In this document: positions 16,615 to 25,329 of the stretch, in pieces
How positions within the stretch are numbered: the first letter of the stretch is position 1
How the letters are laid out: the number at the start of each line of letters is the position of its first letter
Source of the DNA: Elusimicrobiota bacterium
Lineage (GTDB): Bacteria; Elusimicrobiota; Elusimicrobia; UBA1565
Length of the DNA stretch: 28,767 bases
Assembly: GCA_043819795.1 (NCBI GenBank)
Contig: JBDREN010000225.1
Span: forward strand, 1 to 28,767
Reading direction: 5' to 3'
Translations under genes and position numbers: made by a program
Notes under the pieces: generated by a model
Database searches by the model: none
What the model was told of the DNA's origin: nothing
What the model saw: the letters and a program-made list of their open reading frames with translations, nothing else

Positions 16615-17415
16615 TCACATCCTCTCGTAGCACGTGCCGCCGCAGTCGGCGCCGCCGCACGCCGGGCTGCAGCCGTCCGCGGGAGTGTCGACGCATTCCA
16701 TCCCCTCGGGGCAGGGAGGGGCCCCGATGCCGCCGCAGGAGACCGGCCCCTCCAGCGGCAAAAGGCATATGCCGCCGCAGTCGGCGCCGCCGCACGCTGG
16801 GCTGCACTGGTCGGGTTTCATGTCGACGCATTCCATCCCCTCGGGGCAGGGAGTAGCCCAGAATCCGCCGCAATAGGCCGGTTCTTCCGGCTGGGTTCGG
16901 CATATCCCGCCGCAGTCGGCGCCGCCGCAGTCCGGGTCGCAGCGGTCCGACGGATCGTCGATGCACGTCATCCCCGCGGGACACGGAAGATTCTGGATGC
17001 CGCCGCAGAAGACCGGTTCCGGGGGCGGCCGCCGGCATATGCCGCCGCAGTCGGCGCCGCCGCAGTCCGGGTCGCAGCGGTCCGAGGGGTCGTCCACGCA
17101 CTCCATCCCCTCGGGACACGGGAGCCCCTGGATGCCGCCGCAGGCGATCGGTCCCGGGGGCTCTTCCAGCCAGGGCGGGATCGTGCCCGTGAGCTCGAGG
17201 AAGCGGTCCTCGATCCTTTCGCAGGCGGTCGCCTTGCGCCCGGGATCTCCCCCGCAGTCGAGGCGCATCCCGGAGACGCATAATCCGAACGCCGCGCCTT
17301 GGAGCGCGGAGCACGTGTCGTCCACCGACGGCCTGGCCGCCGCATCGATCGAAGCGGCCACGAGTAACGCCGCGGCCGCTGAAATGGACATCCCAAAGGC
17401 TCTGAATCTTCTCAT
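16615..17415 (-). CDS. Secreted Cys-rich protein with four 45-aa repeats (CGG...CP.GM.C.D.P.D.C.P.CGGADCGG.C)
   Basis: Signal peptide; 4-Cys N-terminal domain; identical 23-mer CCGCCGCAGTCGGCGCCGCCGCA at 16637, 16772, 16907 and 17042 (135-bp period); GAGGAGG upstream. Confidence 0.88.
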   Translation of the reverse strand: MRRFRAFGMSISAAAALLVAASIDAAARPSVDDTCSALQGAAFGLCVSGMRLDCGGDPGRKATACERIEDRFLELTGTIPPWLEEPPGPIACGGIQGLPCPEGMECVDDPSDRCDPDCGGADCGGICRRPPPEPVFCGGIQNLPCPAGMTCIDDPSDRCDPDCGGADCGGICRTQPEEPAYCGGFWATPCPEGMECVDMKPDQCSPACGGADCGGICLLPLEGPVSCGGIGAPPCPEGMECVDTPADGCSPACGGADCGGTCYERM

Positions 17416-17454
17416 CTAGCCTCCTCGCGCATGCGGTCTCCGCCGCCAATTCGT

Positions 17455-17482
17455 ATATAACACGACATGGAGTCCATGTCAA
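17455..17482 (-). promoter_or_regulatory. Putative promoter with overlapping palindromic operator
   Basis: Perfect -35 TTGACA (17477-17482), 17 nt to an imperfect TG-n-TATATA; perfect 8-1-8 palindrome GACATGGA-G-TCCATGTC at 17464-17480. Confidence 0.55.
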
Positions 17483-17652
17483 TGCCGACTCGTTGCGCGC
17501 ACCCCGTCGCGGACGTGGTCCGCGGCTTCAGCCGCGGCGAGCGCCGGCCGTCAGCGGTCCCCTGCTTGGTCTTGCCCGGGGGCGGCGCGAATAGCCGGAT
17601 CAGCTCCGGCAAGGCACGATGAGGGAACGCGGAAGCGCTGAGGCGGCTTCCT

Positions 17653-18102
17653 TTATACTCCGATGTCCTCGTTCCACAGGTCCGGCTTTTTTTCGATGAA
17701 TTCCCGCATCATGTCCTTGCATTCCTTGCTGTCGAGGTCGATGAGCTTGACGCCTCTCTTGCGGGAATACGCTTCCGGGCCGCGGTACGTCTCGTTTTCA
17801 CCCATGACGACTTCGGGGATCTTGTAGAGCAGGATCGCGCCCGTGCACATGTCGCAGGGTGAAAGGGTCGAATAGATCACGCATTTCCTGTAATCCTTGG
17901 CCTTGAGCCGGCCCGCGTTTTCCAGGCAATCCATCTCGGCGTGCAGGATCACGGATTTCTTCTGGACCCTGCGGTTATGGCCCCGGCCGATGATCTTGTC
18001 CCCTTTCACCAATACGGCTCCGATGGGGACCCCGCCCTGCCTTGAGCCTTTGCGGGCCTCTTTTATGGCTTCCTTCATGAACCGGGCATGACGGGATTTC
18101 AT
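17653..18102 (-). CDS. Cytosine deaminase, fungal FCY1-like (cytidine/deoxycytidylate deaminase fold)
   Basis: Zn motifs HAE and PCDMC; GGVPIGAVL, GRGHNRRVQ, LENAGRL and C-terminal W.EDIG match yeast-type cytosine deaminase. Confidence 0.88.
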   Translation of the reverse strand: MKSRHARFMKEAIKEARKGSRQGGVPIGAVLVKGDKIIGRGHNRRVQKKSVILHAEMDCLENAGRLKAKDYRKCVIYSTLSPCDMCTGAILLYKIPEVVMGENETYRGPEAYSRKRGVKLIDLDSKECKDMMREFIEKKPDLWNEDIGV

Positions 18103-18184
18103 AAGTGCGACTCCTAGTCTCGAGGATAGCGGACGTATTGCCCGGATATCATGAATTGTATCAATAAGCCCGTGCGGGAGACGG

Positions 18185-19516
18185 CTAGTCCGCGACCCAG
18201 CGCCGGGCCGCGGCCACGAACTCGTCCCAGGCCTTGCCGAAGCGGATGTCCGTGCCGCCGTCGGGGTTGGGGGTGAGCTTGATGGGGCTCCAGTGCTGCT
18301 CGCCGGCCTGGGGGTGCCACCAGGGGAGGGGATCGGGGCTGTCGGTGTACCAACCGAGAGGGTTCCAGAACCAGCCGAAGGCCAGCACCACGTCCGCGCC
18401 CGCGGCGTAGGCCGCGTCGAAGCCGTTCCTGAAATAGAGCGCCTGGCGCTTCTCGCTGAAGCCGCGCGGGCCCGGGCCGTTCGGGAACCCCGTCTCGAGC
18501 ACCCATACGGGCCTGCCGTCCGCGGCCTCCACGGTCTGCGAGACGACTTCGCCGACGCGCTCGTCGTGCACGGGCCAGCCGTAAAAGTAATTCGCGTAGA
18601 CGTCCACGCCGACGATGTCCAGGGAGCTCACGCCGAACGTGCCGATGTCCTTGCCGATGTCGACGGATTTCTTGCTCACCCAGTCCTTCCAGCCCACGTC
18701 GGTCCCGAAGTTGTGCGTGGTCTTCAGGTCGCGGCCCATGCGCCGGCCCTCGGCGTGCACCGTGTCCGCCAGCGCGGCGAGCAGCTTCTTGAGAAACTCG
18801 GCGTCGGCCCAGGATTTCTCGTTCACCCGCCAGCCGACCCGCATGCAGAATTGCGCGATGTTGATCTCGTTTTCGACCTGCCAGACCTCGACCCGGTCCC
18901 CGTAGCGGCGCACCGCCGCGCCCGTGAGCCAGCGCACCAAGGCGATGTAGACGTCCCGGCCGACGCGGTCCGGGCTGACCCGCTGCAGAGAGCCGTCCGG
19001 CAGGGCGTAGCGGGGCGCTTCCTTGCGGTAGCCCGCGCCCGTCACGAGCACGAGCTCGAGGCCCGCGCCGGTGAAGATGTCCACCAGTTTGTCCATGCGG
19101 TCCCAGCGCCCGTCGCGCGCGAGTTCGTCGATCATCGCGTCCATCAGGGCGGGGTCGGAGCCGGCCCGGCGCAGCTTCTCGAGCGTTCCGGCGGATATCT
19201 CGGGGACCGCCTCGTCGAGCGGCAGGTGCGGGCGGTAGTGGGTCCCTCCCGCCTCTTTCAGAAGGCCCGCGATCTGGCGCAAAGAGAAGTGGGGGATGTC
19301 GAAGGGGTCGCCCGAATGGGAGAGCCCTATCCCCGCGGCCTTGCGGGTCGGGGCTTCGGCCAGGCCCACGGGGACCGCCTCGAAGAGCGGTGCCGGCTCG
19401 GAGCGCGGCCTGGTCTGCTCGGGAGCGGCCTGGAGCAGCTGCTCGTAGGCGGACTCCGCGGAAAGGTCGGGAGAGGCGAGGAGCAACAGGGCGCAGGCGG
19501 CGTACAGGACCCTCAC
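18185..19516 (-). CDS. Secreted clan GH-A (TIM-barrel) glycoside hydrolase, family uncertain
   Basis: GTG start with signal peptide; acid/base motif WQVENE, DIVGVDVY, nucleophile motif PVWVLETG, then SEKRQALY. Confidence 0.75.
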   Translation of the reverse strand: MRVLYAACALLLLASPDLSAESAYEQLLQAAPEQTRPRSEPAPLFEAVPVGLAEAPTRKAAGIGLSHSGDPFDIPHFSLRQIAGLLKEAGGTHYRPHLPLDEAVPEISAGTLEKLRRAGSDPALMDAMIDELARDGRWDRMDKLVDIFTGAGLELVLVTGAGYRKEAPRYALPDGSLQRVSPDRVGRDVYIALVRWLTGAAVRRYGDRVEVWQVENEINIAQFCMRVGWRVNEKSWADAEFLKKLLAALADTVHAEGRRMGRDLKTTHNFGTDVGWKDWVSKKSVDIGKDIGTFGVSSLDIVGVDVYANYFYGWPVHDERVGEVVSQTVEAADGRPVWVLETGFPNGPGPRGFSEKRQALYFRNGFDAAYAAGADVVLAFGWFWNPLGWYTDSPDPLPWWHPQAGEQHWSPIKLTPNPDGGTDIRFGKAWDEFVAAARRWVAD

Positions 19517-19566
19517 GCGATGATTATATCAAACCATCGCGGCCGCACGCGCGTGCGCGGCCGGCC

Positions 19567-20850
19567 TCAGTCGTCGTAGTCGCCGCCGCTCGCCGCCTTG
19601 ACGGCCGCCTTGCCCTCGATCTTCTCTTTTGTCCAGGCCGCGGGGTCGTCGATGCGCGCCGCCTTCGGGCCGACGTCGTAGGAGCCGGCGGAGAGGATCT
19701 CCTGGATGGCCAGCGGGGCGGTGTCTTTCGCGTCGAAGACGTCCACGAGCATGTGGTGGACGAAGTCCTCCACGGCCTTCGCGCACCTGTCCCGGACGTT
19801 CTTCGGCTGGCTCACGAGCTTGTTCTCGAAGGGGAGGTTCAGCTTCTTGAAGTCGCCGCCCTTCCATCCCTGCTTCTGGGCGTGGGCCACCATCTGGCTC
19901 CAGAGCTCCTCGGTCACGCCCGAGCCGCTCACCTTCTTGAAGTTGCCGTCGCCGTCGAGTTCGGCGTTGCCGTAGTCGTTGACCGCCACTCCCCAGCAGA
20001 TCATCTGCAGGGCCGTGGCCACGTTGGCCTTGGTGGTGTTCGTCTTCGTGGAGATCTCCCGCAGGCGCTCCGAGCTGTTGCCGGAGGTGCCGTGCTGGGC
20101 GCCGGAAACCTTGTAGGGCGTGAGCGCCTCGTGGATCTGGGCGGTAAGGCCCACGTCGATCCCGGACGCGCTGGCCTCGATGCCATGGGTCGTGCCGTTG
20201 TTGAGGGCGATCCAGTCCGGGAAGATGCCGTGCGCGTTGAGGCCCCGGATCAGGAACAGGGCCTCCTCCTTGGTCGAAAGGCCCTCTTTCCCCTTGATCT
20301 CGCCGACCTCGGTCTCGTGGCCCGCCCATTTCGGGACGATCTTGCCGAGCTCGATGCTGGCCAGGAGGTTCTCGTGGTCGGGCATGTGCGATGCGTCGAT
20401 GGCGATGGACGTCATCCCCGCCTCGAACATCGTCGGGATCTCGGTCTTCGCCGCCTCGATGTCGGCCGCATTCTTGATACCGTAGTGGTCCGCGTGGATC
20501 GCCACGGGCACGGTGATGTTCATCTCGTTGCAGAGGGCGTCGACCTGGCGCGCCATGTTCCAGTAGCTGACCCCGCAGTATGCGGAGGCGCCGCCTTCCG
20601 ATTTGGCGATCTCGATGATGATGGCGGCGTTGGCCCTTTGCGCCGCGCGCAGCGCGCCCCGTATGATGAGGTGGTTGCGGGCGTTGGCGGCGATGGTCAT
20701 GGCCTTGCCCTTCTTGAGAAGGGCGCGGTCGATGACTTTGCCGCTGACGATCAGGGCCCTGGAATTAGGGAACAGGCTCGTGATGTTCGGAGGCCGTCCC
20801 ACGGACAAGGCCTTCTCGAATTCGGCGGGGTAATCGAATTTATCGCTCAT
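19567..20850 (-). CDS. fba: Class II fructose-bisphosphate aldolase
   Basis: Motifs VAIHADH, IAIDAS, ETEVGEI, NGTTHG, AQHGTSG, KANVAT; ATG 20850 with GGAG upstream. Confidence 0.92.
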   Translation of the reverse strand: MSDKFDYPAEFEKALSVGRPPNITSLFPNSRALIVSGKVIDRALLKKGKAMTIAANARNHLIIRGALRAAQRANAAIIIEIAKSEGGASAYCGVSYWNMARQVDALCNEMNITVPVAIHADHYGIKNAADIEAAKTEIPTMFEAGMTSIAIDASHMPDHENLLASIELGKIVPKWAGHETEVGEIKGKEGLSTKEEALFLIRGLNAHGIFPDWIALNNGTTHGIEASASGIDVGLTAQIHEALTPYKVSGAQHGTSGNSSERLREISTKTNTTKANVATALQMICWGVAVNDYGNAELDGDGNFKKVSGSGVTEELWSQMVAHAQKQGWKGGDFKKLNLPFENKLVSQPKNVRDRCAKAVEDFVHHMLVDVFDAKDTAPLAIQEILSAGSYDVGPKAARIDDPAAWTKEKIEGKAAVKAASGGDYDD

Positions 20851-20953
20851 CGCACGCTCCGTTGGTGGATTCCGATTTGAGATAGCATACACTATCTTGA
20901 CGGCCGCGGTATATCCCCCGATCCGGCGCTTTCCGGCGTGTTTCTCCCCGGCC

Positions 20954-21736
20954 TTACCGAGGCCTGCGGGCCCGGACGACCATGCGCTTGGTGTCCATCC
21001 CGTAGGGCCGCCCGTCGAATCCTCCGTAGGTCCGTGGAGAGGAAAAACCCGCCGCCGCCAGCAGGCGGAGCAGCTCGTGCAGCGTATAGACCCTGAAGCG
21101 GAGGAAGGTCCGCTTGAGGCCTCCGCCCCGGATATAGAGCGTGCGCCGGTTGCTCAGGCGGCCCGTCTTTAAATCGAAGCTCAGACGGTTGTGCGCCCGC
21201 AGGACTCTCCCTTCCGGCTTGCGCTGCCAGAACACCGGGGTGAAATGGCGCATCAGCCATTCCTTGTTGAGCACATCGACGAGCAGCGTCCCGCCGGGCT
21301 TGAGCGACCGCCATATCCCCCTGAGGACCGCCAGGTCCTCGGCCTCTGTCGGAAAGTACCCGAAAGAGGTGAAAAGGTTGAGGACCGCGTCGAAACGCGC
21401 CCTGAAGCGGAGGCGGCGCATGTCCCCCCGGCGCAGGTCCAGGGACACTCCCGCCGCTCGGGCGGCCTCGGCGGCCTGGCCGAGAAGCGGCGCGGACTGG
21501 TCCAGGCCCGTGACGCGGAAACCCCGCTCGGCCAGCCGGACCGCGTGCCGCCCGGCCCCGCAGCAGAGATCGAGGATCGCCGCCGGCGGGGAAAGGCGGA
21601 TGAGCCGCGGAATGCCCCGGACCTGGGACTCGGCGTCTTTCTCCAGGCCATAGCCGCGGAGGGAGTCCTCGTCGAAATGGCGCTCCCACCAGGAGCGCCC
21701 GCGTCGGGGCCCGGGAAATTTAGTATTTTGAGTCAT
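20954..21736 (-). CDS. Class I SAM-dependent methyltransferase
   Basis: ILDLCCGAGRHA, VTGLDQS, GDMR, FDAVLNLFTSFGYF, LKPGG. Confidence 0.92.
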   Translation of the reverse strand: MTQNTKFPGPRRGRSWWERHFDEDSLRGYGLEKDAESQVRGIPRLIRLSPPAAILDLCCGAGRHAVRLAERGFRVTGLDQSAPLLGQAAEAARAAGVSLDLRRGDMRRLRFRARFDAVLNLFTSFGYFPTEAEDLAVLRGIWRSLKPGGTLLVDVLNKEWLMRHFTPVFWQRKPEGRVLRAHNRLSFDLKTGRLSNRRTLYIRGGGLKRTFLRFRVYTLHELLRLLAAAGFSSPRTYGGFDGRPYGMDTKRMVVRARRPR

Positions 21737-22421
21737 GGGTTCGCTCGCGAGAGCGTCCTCGCGCCTTCGTACCCGCCCCTCGCGGATCTGCGTGCTCGCC
21801 AGCGGCGGAGTGGAGAGCGCCGCCCTGCTGTCCTGGGCGCTGCGTCGGGAGCGGGAGGTCTATCCCGTCTACGTGGCCTGCGGCTTCCGCTGGGAGAGGG
21901 CCGAGCTCCACTGGCTCACGCGGCTCCTCCGAAGGCTTCGCCGCCCGGTCCTGCGCCCATTGACCCGCCTGCGCCTGGACATCACGGACTGCTACGACCG
22001 GAGTCACTGGAGCCTCTCCGGGCGCGCCGTCCCCGGAAGCCGCAGCCCGGACGCGGCCGTCCATCTACCGGGCCGCAACATCCTGCTGCTTTCCCGGGCG
22101 GCGGTATTCTGCGCCGTCCGGGGCATCGGCCGCATCGCGATGGGGCCGCTGCGCGCGAACCCCTTCCCCGACGCGGGCCCGGCCTTCCTGCGCGGCATGG
22201 CCCGGACGCTTTCGGCGGGGCTCCGCCGCCCCATCCGGATACTGGCGCCCTTCGCCCGCCGCAAGAAGGACGAGGTGCTCGAGAGCGTGCGCGGCGTCCC
22301 CTGGGAGCTCACCTTCTCCTGCCTGTCCCCCGTGGGGAAGAGCCACTGCGGAAGGTGCAATAAGTGCGCCGAGCGCGGCCGGGCTTTCGCCGCCGCCGGC
22401 ATCGCGGACCGGACGTCCTAA
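21735..22421 (+). CDS. queC: 7-cyano-7-deazaguanine synthase QueC/ExsB-family PP-loop protein
   Basis: VLASGGVES (variant of SGGLDS), LPGRN, NPFPD, TFSC...HCGRCNKCAER Zn motif. Confidence 0.82.
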   Translation: MGSLARASSRLRTRPSRICVLASGGVESAALLSWALRREREVYPVYVACGFRWERAELHWLTRLLRRLRRPVLRPLTRLRLDITDCYDRSHWSLSGRAVPGSRSPDAAVHLPGRNILLLSRAAVFCAVRGIGRIAMGPLRANPFPDAGPAFLRGMARTLSAGLRRPIRILAPFARRKKDEVLESVRGVPWELTFSCLSPVGKSHCGRCNKCAERGRAFAAAGIADRTS

Positions 22422-22583
22422 GGGCGCGCTACGAAATAAGTGAACGTATTCGGACATCGATGCATCCCGTCTGGCCGCGTTGCTCGTCGCTCACATACCG
22501 ACGGGTATGCTCGCTCCTCGCGCCTTGTCAGTCGGGCGCCTCGACGCCCAAAATCCATCCGCTTATTTCGTAACGAGCCCTTA
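22419..22583. mobile_element. MITE-like non-autonomous palindromic element (161 bp plus flanking TA)
   Basis: Terminal inverted repeats 22419-22440 / 22562-22583 match at 20/22; arms stay similar inward; centred hairpin CATACC-GACG-GGTATG (22494-22509); TA on both sides; no transposase. Confidence 0.75.
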
Positions 22584-22606
22584 CCACCGGCCTCCGGAGA
22601 TACTCA

Positions 22607-24087
22607 CTAGCCGACCACGGGGACGGTCATCCCGTGGTGGAAGATGTAGGCCACGATCACGGCCACGGGGATGATGAACGCGAACAGCGCGATGAAATAC
22701 ACGAAGACCATCCTGCCGAACCTGGCCTCGGCCAACTTCTTGAAGTCGGTGATGATGCCGATGCTGACGAAAGTGAGCATGAAGAACAGGGTCCTCATCC
22801 CCTTCTCAACGGGAACGGCGCCGATCTTCGCGGCGCCGGTCAGCGCCGGCATGAGCAACAGTATCCCCAGGTAGACGAACCACGCGATGAAGTACCCCAG
22901 GACGAATTTTGGGAACCGGTGCCACACCTCCGAAACGGGCACCTCCTCGCCCTCCTTACGTTCGATCTTGTAGACCCAGACGAGCGCCAGAACGAAGGCC
23001 CACAGCCCGATGAACATGTCGATCCAGATCTTGGTCATGATGGCGCTCGTGGTGATCCAGCCCTCCTCCCACTTAGTGCCGTCCATGTTCTCCTTCTTGT
23101 TGCGCATGAGCTCGTCCATGACCGCGCCCGCGGCCGCGTCGGCTCCGTCCGTCTTGACGGACATCCCCATGGCGGCGCCCGCCACGATCGGCCGTTCGAT
23201 CATGGTGGCGGTGAAGATGGGGGGAGGATCACCAGCTCGATGACGGCGTAGACGACGACCAGGGCCGATACCATGACGGGGATGATGGGTTTCGCGCGGA
23301 CGGCCCCCGCGGTGGCCACGGCGGCGGAGACCCCGCAGATCGAGATGGCGGAGCTCAGCACGGCCGACACCTTGCGGGGAAGGCCGAAGAGCTTCCTGGA
23401 GATCAGGTAGGTCCCGGGCCAGAAGATGAGGTACGCCACGATCGTCGCGGCCGCGCCTGTGATCGCCAGGTCGAAGACGATGTCGGCGGCCTTCATCGCC
23501 ATGTATCCGACCTTGACCCCGAGGAAGACGATCGCCGTCTTGATGAACCATTCCGGCTTCGCCGCTTCGGCCAAGAAGGCCGCGAGCCTCTTGAAAAAAT
23601 TGCCGATGATCAGCCCGGCGATCAGCGCCAGGATGTACGAGGCCCCTCCTCCCAAAGAAAGGCTGTAGTCCAGCCCGTATTTGGCGCGGTTGGTGATGTT
23701 GGCGGTCAAAAAGGCGTGGTGCCCCAGGGTCCATATGCCGTAGGTCATCACGAAGATGATCGTCCAGCCCAGGAAGAACTTCCTCACGTTCCACCGCATG
23801 AAGAACGCGCCGACGCAGGTGGCGAGAGTGAATGCCGCGTAGGTCGCCAGGATGCTGCCCGCGAAGCCGAGGCCCGCGTATGTTTTCCCGAGAGGTTTGA
23901 TGGCTTCGGCGAACGGGACCGTCCCGCCCCACGAAGACGGGTAGGCGACCCAGCCGACCAGGTCCACGCCGGTCACGGACAGCAGGCCGAGGGAGAAGAA
24001 CGCGAGCCCCACCCAGACCGCCCACCAGTCCTCCTGCGTGGCCATCCCGGAGTACCAACGCCTGTTCGTCATCTCGCCGTTTGTCAT
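22607..24087 (-). pseudogene. YeiH / putative sulfate exporter family membrane protein, frameshifted near 23219-23224 (real lesion or sequencing error)
   Basis: N-terminal part (EDWWAVWVG, EWFIKTAIV, SAISICGVSAAVAT) and C-terminal part (SVKTDGADAAAG, KIWIDMFIG, WHRFPKFVLGY) are in different frames joined at a C6 run (CT-CCCCCC-ATC). Confidence 0.85.
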
Positions 24088-24096
24088 CGGAAGCCT

Positions 24097-24342
24097 CTAC
24101 GCCTTTACGAGGATGATCCTGTTGAAATAATGCTGAGCGTACTGCCTGATCCACTGGGGGATGATCGAGTTGTCGCAGGCCATGCGCACTCTGAGCGTTT
24201 CGCCGTCCCGCATGCGGCCGCTTCCCCGGACGATGGCGCCGATCTTGGCGTCCAGCTCGTCCAAAGTGGGCGCCGCGGCGGAAATGGTCTCGTTCGCTGC
24301 GACCCACCTGTCGCCATCGTGCGTCACGGTCAGCTCGATCAT
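24097..24342 (-). CDS. DUF5395-like small protein
   Basis: 81 aa; HDGDRWVA...TLDELD...IPQWIRQYAQHYFNR signature; sits next to the YeiH-type gene. Confidence 0.8.
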   Translation of the reverse strand: MIELTVTHDGDRWVAANETISAAAPTLDELDAKIGAIVRGSGRMRDGETLRVRMACDNSIIPQWIRQYAQHYFNRIILVKA

Positions 24343-24356
24343 GGGGGCGCCGCTAT

Positions 24357-24557
24357 TTAGAGGATCAGGATATTGATGAGCGTGCCGAACACCGCGAGCG
24401 CGATCAACGCCGCGATGAAAGACCATGCCACGAGCTTGGTCTCGGTGGGCACCCACGGCTCGGCCCCGGCGAGGATGTCTTCGGCTTCATACGCGCCCGC
24501 CTGGAGAGTGCCCGGCTCTTTTTCTGGGGATTTCTCTTTCTTTGTTTCTTCTGTCAC
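24357..24557 (-). CDS. Small single-TM membrane protein associated with the YeiH-type transporter
   Basis: GTG start, GAGGAG upstream; EPW...ETKLVAWS followed by a hydrophobic C-terminal helix. Confidence 0.75.
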   Translation of the reverse strand: MTEETKKEKSPEKEPGTLQAGAYEAEDILAGAEPWVPTETKLVAWSFIAALIALAVFGTLINILIL

Positions 24558-24675
24558 CCTGTGTCTCCTCGGGGCCGGCGCGTCCGCCCAGCCGAGGGGG
24601 CGCGCCGCCTGGATCTGAGCGCGGTCCGCAAGATTATTTTATAGCAAATTCCATGAAAGCCGGAAGCTTGCGGCG

Positions 24676-25329
24676 CTAGCCAAGGGCGCGCTTGGCGAGA
24701 TCGGCGATGGCGACTTCCTCGATCTTGCCGTCGATCATGAGGCAGGCGGCGTCCGGGTCCGCGCTCAAGGGGCGGATCTGATCCTCCAGGTCTTTGGCGA
24801 GGCCCAGCCGGGCCGAGGTCCAAAGGGCGGCCCCGCGGACGTCCGGCCCGCCGTTCAGGAGCGCCGCCTTGAGCCCGGGGAGGGCTCTACGCATCTCCTC
24901 GGCGTCATGGACCCCGGCGCGTCCCAGCGCCCAGATCGCGCCGGCCAGGATCGGCCCGGTCTGAAATAGCTCCTTGTCGGCCACGTAGGAGACGAGGAGG
25001 GGGAGGATCCGCCCCTTGAGCTCGGGCCGGAGCGCCAAAATCTCGCCGAGAGCCTCGGGCACGCCGTAGGGCACGGCGCCCGACTCCTCGTTCATGGCCC
25101 AAAGGAAGCGTTGCACCTGCCGCTCGACCTTGTCGGCGCCCACGCCCCCTTCGCCGGCGGCGACGCCCATGGCCGATACGGCTCGCCATTTCGTGCTCGG
25201 GGCGATGGAGTTGAGCAGGGCGACGATCCTGCGCAGGAATTTGCCTCGTAGCGAGGGATCGCTCAGCGCCTCGAGGATCGCGCGGGGGTCTCCTTTCTCG
25301 ACCAGCTTGGTCAGGTCCTCCCGGGTCAA
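24676..25329 (-). CDS. DVU0298-like HEAT-repeat protein
   Basis: FLWAMNEESGAVPYGVPEALGEI and GAIWALGR motifs; probable TTG start overlapping the upstream TGA (TTGA, 25326-25329). Confidence 0.75.
   Translation of the reverse strand: MTREDLTKLVEKGDPRAILEALSDPSLRGKFLRRIVALLNSIAPSTKWRAVSAMGVAAGEGGVGADKVERQVQRFLWAMNEESGAVPYGVPEALGEILALRPELKGRILPLLVSYVADKELFQTGPILAGAIWALGRAGVHDAEEMRRALPGLKAALLNGGPDVRGAALWTSARLGLAKDLEDQIRPLSADPDAACLMIDGKIEEVAIADLAKRALG

Noticed and set aside
16637..17064. Four identical 23-bp repeats at a regular period, CRISPR-like
   Set aside because: The period is 135 bp and in frame, the spacers are homologous to each other, the repeat encodes CGGADCGG, and no cas genes are present.
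17653..18102. tadA (tRNA adenosine deaminase)
   Set aside because: Lacks the TadA EVPVGA and TLEPC.MC patterns; has the FCY1-type GGVPIG, TLSPC and W.EDIG features.
21735..22421. QueC as part of an anti-phage or DNA-modification system (Qat, type IV CBASS, Dpd)
   Set aside because: Normal-length QueC without neighbouring TGT/DpdA, cyclase, TatD or ATPase genes; the adjacent methyltransferase looks like a small-molecule class I enzyme.
23225..24307. N-terminal two-thirds of the listed 566-aa ORF 22607-24307
   Set aside because: Arg/Gly-rich off-frame translation overlapping real genes; only the part after the frameshift is genuine.
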